A stretch of DNA of 64,000 nucleotides. It comes from Lama glama (lineage: Eukaryota). The position numbers and the translations under genes were made by a program. The notes under the pieces are model-generated. The model saw only the letters and a list, made by a program, of their open reading frames with translations. It searched no databases and was not told the origin of the DNA. Shown here piece after piece: positions 38,549-51,499 of this stretch (the stretch's first letter is position 1; each line of letters opens with the position of its first letter). The stretch covers positions 9,364,001 to 9,428,000 of the forward strand of contig CM052818.1 in NCBI GenBank assembly GCA_028534125.1. The letters are read 5' to 3'.

Positions 38549-40709
38549 TAATGAGTATTTTATTTTGTTAATTTTTCATCAGTTTGCTTATTTAAGTTTA
38601 CCCACATGTTTATTTCTTTCTTTTCCCTTTTTTTCTTCCTTCTTGCTCCTAGATTCATTTCCTTTTTCCTTTTTTTCCCCCTTTGAGGTACCTCTTAATC
38701 TTCTTTAAGTTTAATTTTCTATTCATGGCCTGTCAGTGGTATACATATATATTTGTCCAAAATTTTATTTCACCCTTTCTCTTGAGGTTTATCCTAGGTA
38801 TCAAATTCTAGATTGAGGTTTACCTGGGTGTAAAATTCTGGGTTAGCCCTTATTTTAATGTTTTGAAGATTTTAGTCTATTCTTTTGATCAGAAGTCTGC
38901 CTCTCAATCTGTATTATTGTTACTCTGTGTAGTTTTTTATTAAACCTTTCATGACAAATTTCAAATATGTACAAAAGAATAATACACTTAGGATATAAAA
39001 GGTAAATTTTCTCAGTAGTTCATCCAAGTTCATAACTATGTAGTATCTTTCCTTAATGTTTGTTTAATTAACCCTTTGACTAGTCTTTTAAATGTGCTTG
39101 TAACTCCAGATCTAGGAATAGATCATTTCACACTTGACCTTCAAGGCGGCAGATTTTAAAGTATTTATGACTTGTGGCTGTTGATAGAATTTTCTGTCTG
39201 CATCTTGTTACATTAGTGAATCAAGCCTTAGCTGCTTCAACAACTTTATTTGATCTTCCCGTTGCCTTATTTAGCAATTAATCTAGTACATTATGTTTCT
39301 CAGTTTTCTCTATCTTTGCAGGTGATGATCCTCTGACTAGGATTCCATCACCTTTGGGCTTCTTTGTCATCACCCCTTCTTCCTGTCCTTTTCCTACTGC
39401 GCTTCTTGCTTCCCCCTTTACTAACTCCTGTCTTTCAGCTAAATTGTTCCTGCTTTTAGGAAATTTTTCTTAACTCTTTGTAAGACTGTGTTTTCATGTC
39501 CTGCTTTTTAGGTTAAAAAAAAAAAAGAGTTGATGAGTTGTATTTAAAAAAAAAGTTCTCTTCAGTTACGTGTGGTTGAAACAAAGATTTGGAAAATTAA
39601 AAATCTGTAAGGTGTTCTGCATTTAGATTGCTTTTCAGGTTGAGTAAGTGTTCAAACCTACTGTAATAGAAAGCTAGAATGGAAACTATAGCCAGTGAAC
39701 TGCTTTTGTTTCTTTTTAAATGTAAGATAAGATGCAGACCTCCAGTCAGTGGACTGAAACCCTAAGGAAAGGCCCTATCTCAAAAGATAGGTGAATATGT
39801 ATTAATAAGTTTTAAAATCAAACATTAGTCTGTATACCCAGGTAACAACTTGAGCTGGGAGTGCTGGCCAGTACGTTTCCTGGAGCTGTTTTTACTCTAG
39901 CCATTTCACCCATCTGGGTTGACCTTAGTAGCTAACATTAGTGCTGGCTAAGGTTCTTGATAGGGCCCAGCTTCTTTGTAGTTCATGTTCTTTTGAGACT
40001 TTGCTGGTGGTACCTTTCTTACTGGCTTTTAAGAGATTATATTAGGTTGTGTTCAGCACCTTTGGCCTGGTCATTGGTCATGAATTTTTTCATCCAATGA
40101 GTTGTGAGATTTTATATGGGAATACTTAACCTTTGCTTAGGGTAAGATCTGGGTCATACTTACCAATGGTTTCTCAGTAGACTCCTGGGTTTTGCCCCCT
40201 ATCTTCTCATATTTCCTCTTGAGGTTGTACTTGCCATCATAAAATCCATTTCCAATCTTGACGTTTTTATGAGCATTTTTAAAACCTAAGTGGTGAGACT
40301 CATTTACTTTTCACCCTATTTTCACCTTCTACCTCATGCTTTGTGTCAGTTGGGTACATTTCATTTACTGTATTTCCTTTTCTTGCTTTTGGGGGATGAC
40401 ATCTCTGGTACCCTCCCTTGGGTATTACGCAGCCTTAATGTTCCCAATTCTACTTTGATCTCATCTGTTGGGAAATTTTTGGTGTTCTTTAAATCTGTGT
40501 CACAGTTCCCCCACCTTGCTTGCCCTCTTCCCTGGTCAGTTGGTTAGCCCTTTAGAGTTGGAATACAGTTCTTCCTCTATAGAGAACAGTGGAAGGATTT
40601 CTTGAAGTTGCCATCCTTCCTTCATTTATTTTACTGTGAACTTTAATGGATCTCTGATTTGTAAAGAAAAGTGGCTTCTGTGAAACTGCAGTCTGGGCTT
40701 CCATATCTC

Positions 40710-42150
40710 CTTTTTTAAATTAAAGTTTGTTTTTAATTGTAAAAAACACAAATTTTCTCATCTTAGCCATTTTTCAATGTACATTTCACTAGTGTTGAGA
40801 ATACTCACTTTGTTATGAAACAGATCTTAAGAACTTTTTCATCTTAAATTCTGTACTCATTAAACAACTCACCATTTCCCTCTCCCCCTGACAGCCACCA
40901 GTTTACTTTGTTTCTATGAATTTGATTACTCAAGATAGCTCATTGAAGTAGAATCATACAGTATTTGTCTTTTTGTGACTAGCTTATTAGCATGATGTCC
41001 TCAAGGCTCATTCCTGTTGTAGCATGTGACAGGATTTCCTTCCTTTTTTAGGGTGAATAGTATTATTTTCTATGTGTACACCAGTTTTTGTTTATTCATC
41101 TGTTATTGTACATTTGGGTTACTTCTGCCTTTTGCCTATTGTGAATAATGCTATGAACATAGGTGTACAAATATATCTTTGAGATCCTGCTTTGAATCCT
41201 TTTTTAATGTATATATGTATGTATTATATATATACCTAAAAATGGAATTGCCAAATCCTATGGTAATCTTTTAAAAAATTTTTTGAGGAACTGCTGTACT
41301 CTTTTCCATAGCATTTGCACCATTTAGTATTCCCACCAACAGTGCAGAAGGGTTCCGATTTGTCCTCATCCTTGTCTACACTTGTTTTATGATTTTTTTT
41401 TAACATTTGCTGTCCTAATGGGTGTGAAGTGATACCTCATTGTAGTTTTTATTTGTGTACTTAGCTTTGAAGTCATGAAGTATGAGTCTTCCAACTTTGT
41501 TCTTGTTTTTCTATATGGTTTTGGTTATTTGGGGGTCCCTTTAAATTCCTTATGGGCTTAAGGGGTGGAGTTTTCTATTTCTGCAGAAAACATTGGGATT
41601 TTGGTAGGGATTGTACAGACTCTGTAGATCACTTTGGGCAGTTTTGACATTTAACAGAATTAAATCTTCCATGAATATGAGTTTTCTATTTATTTGCATC
41701 TGGTTTCTTTCTGCAGCTTTTTGTAGTTGTCAATTTGCAAGTCTTTCGCCTCCTTGGTTTAGTTTATTCCTCAGTCTTTTATTCTTTTTGATGCTATTGT
41801 AACTGGAATTATGTTCATGATTTCTTTTCCAGACTGTTTATTGTTAGTATATAGAAATGCAGTGGATTTTTGTGTATTGATTTTGTGTCCTGTTACTTTA
41901 CTGAATTCATTTATTCTGACAGTTTTGGGAGTATGTGTATGTGGACTCCAGAGTTTTCTACATGTAAGATTATGACATCCATGAACAGAGATAATTTTCC
42001 TCTTCCTTTCCAATTTCTCCTTGCCTAATTGCTTGGGCTAGAACTTTCAAAACTATGTTGAATAGAAGTTGTAAAGGCAGCTACTTTGTCTTGTACCTAA
42101 TCTTAGAAGAGAAGCTTTCAGTCTTTCACCATTGAGTATAATGTTCGCTA
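40710..42150 (-). mobile_element. Antisense L1 (L1MA/MB-like), internally deleted
   Basis: 3'UTR plus ORF2 motif [25 protein letters not shown] (ORF 41771-42013). Sequence jump near 41455. Confidence 0.88.
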
Positions 42151-42608
42151 TCTGTCTGGAGAGGTCTGGCCCTGATAAGATGACTTTCCCTTCCCTTTCT
42201 GGTTATGAGGTAGATAAAATGAAATAAGTAAGCTTGTGCTGGTGAGCAGTTAGGTTGCCATATTGGCCTCAGGTGGAATAGGTGTTTCTGACCATACATA
42301 TGCTTTTTCCAGAATTGTGCCATTTGTGTTTTGTGTTAAGAGAAGGATTTGATTCATGTATCCCCTCTGTTCCCTCTGTTTTCAGGCTGGGAAAGAAAAC
42401 TGGCAATGTGTACCATGATCTCTTCTTGGTAAAATCATGCAAACCAAGAGCTTAGTAGTTCTCTTAACTCATTCCCCACTACATCTTACTCTGACATGGT
42501 TGCTAGGTTTTGTGGTCAGGATCTTCTGCCTGATGGGCATTAGTGTCTCTGACATCCAGGGCCACAGGTGCCATTACCTTGTTACCCATTTGTTTGGCAT
42601 ATACTTTT

Positions 42609-42784
42609 TTTTTTAATGATTATTTTTAAACTTTTGTTTTATTGTTTTGTTTTTTGTTGTTTGGGGGGAGGTAATTAAGTTTATTTACTTATTTTTTGTT
42701 TTTAATGGAGGTACTGGGGATTGAACCCAGGACCTCTTGCATGCTAAGTAGGCACTCTGTCAATTGAACTATATCCTTCCCCCC
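42609..42784 (-). mobile_element. Vic-1-type SINE with 19-bp TSD
   Basis: TSD TTGTTTGGCATATACTTTT at 42590-42608 and 42785-42803. Confidence 0.92.
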
Positions 42785-44054
42785 TTGTTTGGCATATACT
42801 TTTGCCCTATGATTTTTCCTTCTCTCCCTGGCCAAGAGGATTTTTTTTTTACCCTTCTAGTCAGTTGTATCAGAGAGGATTCTTCTAACCTCCTACTTGG
42901 ACTTCAGGCATTTCTGGAGGTGAGTAGGTGAAGAATGTGGTGAGTTGCAACATTGAGTGTATAGTCTGGTCTAGAACAAGGTGGTTTGTTTGTTTTTAAT
43001 GAACATTAAGCCATACACAGTTGGTAAACAGAGGAGTGATATTAGTATAATGGAACATCTTACTGATTCATATGGGATTTTCCTCCATCACATTAATGTT
43101 TTACAGTGATTGATGCAGTTTCTTGTGATTAAGAGAAGACTCTACTAATATATATATAACAAAGCTGACAGTCCTCAGAAACGCCTTCTTTTTGTGCATA
43201 TAGTGATAGGGGTCCTTAAAGCCAATGTAATCTCCTTTGTAGATATATGTGGAGAAGGTGAAGTAGGTGGAAAGTCATCAAAATGATGGCTTCATGAGAA
43301 TGGTTATTTGATCTTTAATTTTGGGGGAATGATCTTTATTACAATTGAGTGTCCTCAGGCACCTTTATGTCAAAAGGTGAAGCATGAACCTCATGGTTCA
43401 AAGCTGCAGAAGGGTTGATTGACACTGGTTTGGTGCAAACTGTGATAGTCTTTTTTAAAAATTTTAAATCAGACTAGTTACTGGTTTTGTCAGTGCTCTG
43501 GTTATAAAGTTTCATAGGTTTTGAACACTCTTTTCTGATGTTGCTTTATTGTTAGTCTCATTTTCTTTATTGCAAGATGTGCTGCTCAGCAGTGCCTGGC
43601 ATGACATAGTAGGAAATGCTTGTACAGAGGCAAATTCAGTGTTTTCAGTATGATACTCCTGGCTTTTCAGCTGATTTTCTAAAGCCCAGCTCTCTCTGGT
43701 TCAACATTTCCAGAGAGGAAACAGTCTTTTGGAGATGGGTGGGGGCGGTGCAGTGCAGAGTGAGGAGGTGTTTGTTTTTTAATAAGATTTTAGTATTTTT
43801 TAGCCTCACCTGTATTCCTGCTTTCTGAGGTACTCAATGTTTCCAATTCGTGGACCTTTCTGAGATTTTGGGGGACAAAATTAGCCTCAAATTAGTCATT
43901 ATTTAAATAAACCAAGATTTAATTTCTTTGGCGAAAACAAGAAAAAATTATCCAAAATATTTGTATTTTTAAGTACAAAGGCTTTTAAGTATTGGCTTTA
44001 ATTTTGGTTTAGTATTATTTATTCATAATTAAATTTTTTTCTACTTTATTTCAG

Positions 44055-44142
44055 TATCAGATATAGAAGTTGGTGATGGACTGCAGCTCAGAAAGGAACA
44101 TACTCTCAAAATATTTGCTTATATCAATTCCTGGACACAGAG
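44055..44142 (+). CDS. USP34: USP34 coding exon 2 (ISDIEVGDGLQLRKEHTLKIFAYINSWTQR)
   Basis: Pyrimidine tract plus TTTCAG acceptor, AG|GTATGC donor. 88 nt. The phase-1 join gives ATA (Ile) and continues the USP34 sequence. Intron 1 is 11159-44054 (~32.9 kb). Confidence 0.96.
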
Positions 44143-44959
44143 GTATGCATCTTTTAAGTATTTTGGAGACTAACTTTGTGAGTTGTGTTTTAAATTAGCA
44201 TAGTCATCAAATTTTCCTCAAGATGTTGGTTTATATACCTTTAGTCATTAAATGACAGTTTATCAATATTGAATCTTCCTCTTCTTCTTACTCATGGAGT
44301 CATTCTTGCTTTTGTTTTTAAACATGAAAATCAGTTTCTTTCTTTACCCCTTCATTATTTAGAAGTATACGATTGCTTGAAATTATAAAAATAATGATGA
44401 TTTTGGAAATTATAAAAATAATTATTTTTAGAGATTAAAAAATCATTATGGCATAGCAGGAGATGTGTAACAAATTTAATCCTTTAAAAAAATCAGTATT
44501 ATGGTAGAGGGCACTTTGACCTTTCTGGAAGCCACTTGCTGTTTGTTCCTTTTCCATAATAATTAGTATATTAGGTTGATTTTTAAAAATAATACATGTA
44601 TTGAGAATATGGAGAATAAAATTTTAGGGAATACAATTATTAATATAACCAAAGTTTGTAAGAGAAATTTGCAAATTTCTGTTCCTCAACATGATTTTAG
44701 CTGGTCATGGCTAAAAATTTTCACTTGTGTACCTATTTGTTTAAACTTTAGCCCTTCTGAAATTTTTATGAGTAATAATGTTTGAAGCACTGTGTGATTA
44801 TGATTAATGAACATTTTAAATGTATAGTAACATAAATGAATGTCCTGAGGTACACACTCTAGATGATCATAGAGTTTTATCAGGATAGTTTAATTTCAGA
44901 TAGTTTGCCCCAAACTGTAGAGACCCTCTGCCTTTATCTCACGCTGTTCCAAAATGTCA

Positions 44960-45172
44960 TGGTTAAGAGTGTGACCTTGGATAGATGTGGCTTCTAGTCC
45001 TGCTTTATCACCTGTATACTAGGTGATTGTGACAAGTTCCATAACTTCTGTAAACTCTTACTTCCCCATTTGTGAATGGAGAATAATAATAAAGCTACTA
45101 CTATCTTAATGAGGTTGTGAAGAAACAAAGTACTTAGCACAGTATCTGACAAAAGAACTTAATAAGTACCTA
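44960..45172 (+). mobile_element. MIR SINE
   Basis: GGTTAAGAGTGTGACCTTGG...CCCCATTTGTGAATGGAGAATAATAA...AAGTACTTAGCACAGTATCTG. Confidence 0.8.
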
Positions 45173-45177
45173 CTTTA

Positions 45178-45482
45178 TGATACAGATAAACTTGTTTATA
45201 AAACAGAAACAGATTCATAGGCATAGAAAACAAGTTTATGGTTACCAAAGGGGAAAGGGGAGAAAGGGATAAATTAGGAGATTGGGATTAGCAGATAAAA
45301 ACTACTGTTTCTAAAATAGATAAACCAAGGTCTATAGCAGAGGGCACTATATCCAATACCTTGTAATAACCTGTAATGAAAAGGAATGAGAAAGAATATA
45401 TACATATGTATAACTGAATCACTATGCTGTACAGCAAAAACTAACACGACATTATAAATCAACTATACGTCAATAAAAAAAA
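45178..45482 (+). mobile_element. Young L1 3' end
   Basis: ACAGAAACAGATTCATAGGCATAGAAAACAA...CAACTATACGTCAATAAAAAA. Imperfect flanking TACCTA(C/T)TTT. Confidence 0.88.
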
Positions 45483-46099
45483 TTTGTTTTAAATACCTAT
45501 TTTAACTAAAGTAAAGTTTATTTCAGAAAATATATATTGAAGTATATGTAAGCTAAAGCATGAAAAGCAGAACTGGAAAACAGTTTGTAATACTTAATGA
45601 TTCTTTTCACAATGTCAAAAAGTATTAACAGTTTTTAACTGATAGAAGTACCAAAAAGTAGAATGTTATACTCTTAATTGTTCATTCTGATACAAGAGAG
45701 AAGTGACAATAAAATACCCAGTTGGATCACAGTGCTTTATAGTAAAAATTTTATGCCTGCCTTGCCCACCCTCCTCCTGTTTCTGTCCTGGGCATCAAAA
45801 AACACTGTTGCCTAGATTAAGATTGTGGTTCTTGTAGGGGATAAATAGCTACTAATAGAGCACAGTTTACCTACAAAAGAAATTCTTAACCTGGTGGCCC
45901 ATGACTATATGGACCATAAATGTACCATAAATGTACCTTAGTGCACGAATAGACCCATCACATTTCATACAAAATGTTCTTTATAGGTTTTCTGTGAGAA
46001 AAGTGTTAATTTTCATAAGATTATCAAGGATCAAAAATCATTTTTCTAATATACTGACCAGAATATAGGTAAAGGAGAATGTTCACTTAAAAAACAGTA

Positions 46100-46397
46100 G
46101 TGGAATCTGAAAAATAATAGAAATGAACTTATTTACAAAATAGAAACAGACTCACAGACATAGAAAACAAACTTAACAGTTACCAAAGGGGAAGCAGGGG
46201 AGGGATAAATTAGAAGTTTGAGATTAGCAGATACAAAGCACTATATATAAACTATATAAACAGTAAGATCCTACTGTATAGCACAGGGAACTGTATTCAA
46301 TATCTTTTAATAACCTATAATGGAAAAGAATCTGAAAAAGAATATATATGTATAACTGAATCACTTTACTGTACACCAGAAACTAACACAACATTGC
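46100..46397 (+). mobile_element. Young L1 3' fragment lacking its terminal bases and poly-A
   Basis: Same 3'UTR as 45178-45482 but stops at ACACAACATTG. Confidence 0.85.
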
Positions 46398-47154
46398 TAT
46401 TGTATTTCATTGTTGTAATAAAATTGTTATTAATTTAAATTAATAAATGTAATAATATCAGTTAGGTATTATATTTCCTTGATTATTTTTCTTTTTCTCC
46501 CCATCATCTTACTTTGTCTATTCTACTTTCTGGGAGATTTTTCCAGTTTTACTTTTGGACCTTCTATTGAATTTTACAAGTTGCTATAATGTTCTATTTT
46601 TTAGAGCAGTTTTAGGCACTATTGCTTTTGAATAAGTTAATGTCTGTTCTGCACTTTTTAAGGCTCTGCTTTTTATTTTGGCATTAAGCAATTTGACCAG
46701 AGGGGTATCGATACTGACCACTATCCAAAGTAGTGCTTTTCAGAAATTAGGTCATAAGTAAAATAACTTTTGCTAAAGTTGGATACTGTGTATTAACAGT
46801 CCTTTCATGTGCTCATCAGTACCAGGCCAGGGAAAATGTTAGATCCATTGGAATATTTGTTGTTAGATGGAATTATGGAATCCAGGTTAAAGTAATTTAA
46901 TTTTCACATATAGGTTCCTCATGAATAAACTTTTAGTTAGTATTTTGATTATATTACTTGAAGCTACATATTTTATGCTAGTCATTTAGAAATTTTTATC
47001 ATTACGTGTTCTTAAATGTAAGTATACTCTACTCAGATAGGCAACATAGAACTCTGCTTGGCTAATAGTCTTATCAGGCGTAGTGATAGGGATAGGGCTG
47101 AAAAGATAGGATAAGCTCAGAGAGTGGAAGGGTATTATGATACTGGTATACAGA

Positions 47155-47185
47155 GTTTACCACTGAGCTGTACCCTCCCCACCTC
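47155..47185 (-). mobile_element. 5'-only fragment of a Vic-1/tRNA head
   Basis: Minus strand GGGGAGGGTACAGCTCAGTGGTA, flanked by GGT(A/G)TACAGA direct repeats. Confidence 0.6.
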
Positions 47186-49253
47186 GGTGTACAGAATATA
47201 GAAAATAAACTGGTAAGAAAAGGCCGATAATAAAAAAGTCCATTATCACCTATCTCCTTGGCCTCATTTCTATTTTCAGCTCTTTCAGATACTGGTTTTG
47301 ATATTAACTTCTGTGTTGTGAAATAGTGTTATTATATTGCTGTTGCTTCATCTGTCAATTTTAGGTATAATCTCTGAATTTCCTTTTCTGTTATATAAAG
47401 ATTTTTACCATTTTACCCTTCCCCATTCTCTCAGTATAGTTATATCACTTCTCAGGATAGGTCTAAAAACAAAAATAATTCCTCATTGATTAGCCAAAAA
47501 AGATTCTCTGGTTTATTTTATATCTTAAAAGCTATAAATTGTTCTTTTTCTTTTGTTATAATTCTTTATTTCCTAGAGTTTACTGGCTTGTTTTCCATTT
47601 GATTAATTTTCTAGGTGTGGATCACTAATTCTTCCCAAACTCTCCAACCCTTCTTAGTACTAGTGTTTACATTTTTGTATACATTGCTAGGTGATCTGTT
47701 ATTTCCCTCCCTTTCCCTTTGGCCTTAATCTTCCTAATCTAATCTGTATTGATTTCTCACTAGGGTTACTAAAACAGCTATCTTCTCTTTAGATCATCCT
47801 TGAAATTCCTTTTGCTTTTCTTTTGGATCTCTAGTTTCCTGGATTCCATGCCGTCTTCATTGGTTTACTTCTTTGTTTGGATGACATCTTTTTAGAGAAA
47901 AGGTACATGGAAGGCAAATGGTTTTTAGACCTTTCTGACCTAAAAAATAGTCTCTTGTACTCTTATTGATAACTTACGTTGTGTACAGAATTCTAGATAG
48001 AAAATTATTTTCTCTCAGAATTTTTAAAGTGTTGTTTCATTGCATTTTAGCTTCTAATACTACTTTCAAGAAGTATTAGTTATTTTTATTCCTGAGCTTT
48101 TCCTTGTCACTCTTCAAACTCTCCCTGAAAGCTTTTAGGGTCTATATCCCTCATCGGCTTCAGAAATTTCATGATGTTACATGTTGTGGTGGGTTTTCAG
48201 TTCTGAATTTTTTTTTTCAGTTTTATAATTTGTTCACCTCCATATTTGTCTATTCTGTCTTCTTGAAAACATTATCAGTCAGATATTCTATTTCCTTGAT
48301 TGTTTTTCTTTTTCTCCCTGTCATCTAACTTTGTCTATTCTGCTTTCTGGGAGATTTTTCCAGTTTTATTTCTGGATCTTCTGTTGAATTTTACAGGTTA
48401 CTGTTACTTTAGTTGGTTTTTAAATTGTGGATGATACATATATATGCAAAAGCTATATAATCATATTTGTACACATTAAAGGGCTCTATTTGGTAATTGG
48501 AATGCATTTTTAAAATAATCGTTCGTTCTTGTTTCAGTAATCTAGTATTTTTCATGTCTCTGAAGATATAAATTAATTAAAACCTGTTTTCTTCCTGCAT
48601 TTTATCTTCTTCTGAATTTCTTTTTTCTGTTTGTTTTGATCTGTCTTTGGTGATGTAGCTTTTTCTTGAAAGTCCTTGGCTATCCTTTTATGATTAAGAG
48701 GGGATCACTGAAAAATGGATTGGAAGTTCTGTGTTAATGGGGCATCTCAGATGTTGGCCTGTATTGCATGACGGTAAAATGGTGAACAGACTTTCTTACT
48801 AGGGATAAATGGGCTTTTCTCTTAGATCACATTTTCTGAATCTTTGGCCATGAGATATGTTAGTTAGGTGGTTGGACAAGGGAGGATACTTTGGGAGGTT
48901 CACCATTCAACTTAATTCTCTCGCTTTCAGTTTCTTGTATCATTTCTATCTTCCATAGTGTATGGTGTTCCTGCGTTTATCTTGTTCACATTATGTACAG
49001 GAAGAACTTCTTGTTTCCCTGGGTCAAGTAGATAGTATCCTTGCTATCTGGAATGGGAACCTGCAGGTTTTAATGGAACCTTTGATTTGGTCCTATTTTC
49101 TACTGAGCTTCATTTCTGCCTTCAGAGGTATCTGAAGCTCTTTAGTCCTGAGCTTTCCGGTGTTCTATGGGGAGAATCTTTTTGCTGATTATATTCATCT
49201 GTAGCCCCTTCAAAGTTTATTCTACACTGTCACTTATTATTCTTCCCTTTTCT

Positions 49254-49415
49254 TTTTTTTTAAAAATTTTTTGTTTTGGGTTTTTTTCCAAGGGGAGGGG
49301 AGGTAATTAGTTTTGTTTATTTACTTATTTATTTAATGGAGGTACTGGGGATTGAACCCAGGACCTTGTGCATGCTAGGCGCGCACTCTTAGCACTGAGC
49401 TCTGCCCTCCGCCTG
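49254..49415 (-). mobile_element. Vic-1-type SINE with 14-bp TSD
   Basis: TSD TTCTTCCCTTTTCT at 49240-49253 and 49416-49429. Confidence 0.9.
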
Positions 49416-50184
49416 TTCTTCCCTTTTCTATCATCCAAAATTTCTTGCTGTCTGTCATCTTTTCTTCCATTATCTCTTTTACGACTTTTTTTTCTTTAGT
49501 ATATTTGTAGTACAGTTTAGAACAGAGAAGAAATAAATGTGTAAAATCAAATTGGGCTTAACTGAAAGTGATGTTTTTTATTTAAAAAAAATAGCACTTT
49601 CTCCCCCCTTGCATTGTGGGTTTGGATATAGAGAGAAATGCTGTATTGAGAATTCAAATACTTAGACTTCTCAGAATTGAATATACAATAAAATGTATAA
49701 TTTAAGTAATATATAATTATTTTAAAGGTAAATGTGTATCTTCACTTAGACTCTCAGCTCTCCTTTTTTGGGTCTGTAAAGATCTAGATCCACTTTACCT
49801 CTTAATTTGTTTGTGTATCATTTTTGTCTTTAAAGATTAGTTTCCTAGTCAGTTGTTAAGCAGTTTAATGTCCATTTCTTGACAGTGCATTTCTGGAGTA
49901 AATTTGACTGCCTTTTGGCTTTTGTAATCCAAAATCTGACTTGAAGGTCATTTTTCAGGGGAAGTTCAGATTCCATTTTCACTGAAGAAAGGTAGTCAAA
50001 TATATGATCCTTCACTTTGAACTTGGTTTTTCCTAAATGTAAAGGAAGAAGCTGTTCATCAGAAAATCTTTGTTGTGTAATATGTTAATTTTTCTCCTTG
50101 TAGAATTGATACTATAGAATTTTAAAACTAGAGGAGGACTTAGAGATAAAACCTTTTCATTTTGCAACTGAGAACACAGTCCTG

Positions 50185-50806
50185 ATGTATCATTTATATA
50201 TTTCTGTGTAACAGAGTACTCTAAAAATAGTGCCTAAAACAACAAACATTTATTGTCCTCAGAGATACATTTATTATCTCAATTATAAACATGTATTATT
50301 TATCATTGTATAGATAAAAACTTGGGAATGGTTTAGCTGGTTGGTTCTGGCTTGGAGTTCTCATAAGATTGTAGTCAAGATTTGGCCAAGTTATGGTCAT
50401 CTTTGGATGACCATTTGTGGGGCTGGAGAATCTGTTTCCAAGCTGACTCACTGCCATGGTTGGCAAGTTGGTGCTGGATGGTAGTGGGAGGCCTTAGTTT
50501 TTTCTCATGTGGACCTTACCGTGGCCTTCTTGAGTGTCTTACAAGACTGATAGCCTCTGCCAGATAGCTGACTTCCCCCGATAGCTGGCTTCCTCCAGAG
50601 CAAGTGATCCAAAAGAGAGCAAGGTAGAAGTGGTAATGTCTTTTACGACCTAGTCTCTTAGGTCACACACTGGCATTTCTTCCACATTCCATTCATTAGA
50701 AGCTAGTCATTAAGTCTGATCCACATTCAAGAGGAGGAAAGTTGGGCCTCAGCATTTAAAGGGAAGAGTATTAAAGAATTTGTGGCCATGCTTCAAATCT
50801 GCCACA
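50185..50806. mobile_element. MLT1F/H-like MaLR solo LTR
   Basis: TGTAACAGAGTACTCTAAAA...AAACAACAAACATTTATT...TTAGCTGGTTGGTTCTGGCT...AAAGAATTTGTGGCCATG...GCCACA. Confidence 0.78.
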
Positions 50807-51375
50807 CTTGGGGAAATGAGATTATTCTTTTATGGTTATACAGGAAGTTGGTAATCTATTTGGTACAGTGTAGATGTACCTTTTTTGATAATATATAATT
50901 AGGTGCAGATTGTAATTAGTAATCACTTAACTGTTATCTGTCATTGGATACATTATAACCTGGTACTTGTGTATCATTTACTTACTGATCCACCAGACTC
51001 TTGATAACTCACAATATGCCAGGCATTATGCTACTAATTGAGCATGTCTAAAGAGAACTAAGTTTGTGTGTAATAATTATTGACTCTTACTGTTTTCATT
51101 TATTTTTATTTTTTACTGGAGCTGAAGTTAAAGAATTATGTGTGTTGTTCCTAAACACTTTTGATCTGCCAAGTAGGGTAGCTTCCAAGTAGCCTTTAAG
51201 CAAATTACTAATTTTTAAATGTAGCTTTTTTACTAGTTAACCACAAAATCCCTTATGTAAAATAACCAGTTAGGTTTACTAATAAGGTATTTTATTAAAG
51301 CCAGTTTCCTGATATTTATTAAATATGTATTGAGTACTTAGTACTTAGAGAAGCAAAGATAAAGCCACATTTCCT

Positions 51376-51499
51376 TTTTGGGGGGAGGGCAATTAGATTT
51401 ATTTGTTTTATTTATTTTTTTAATAGAGGTACTGGGGATTGAACCCAGGACATTGTGCATGCTAAACATGCACTCTACCACTGAGCTGTACCCTCCCCC
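51376..51499 (-). mobile_element. Vic-1-type SINE
   Basis: Consensus match, with flanking AGCCACA(T/G)TTCCT duplication. Confidence 0.9.
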
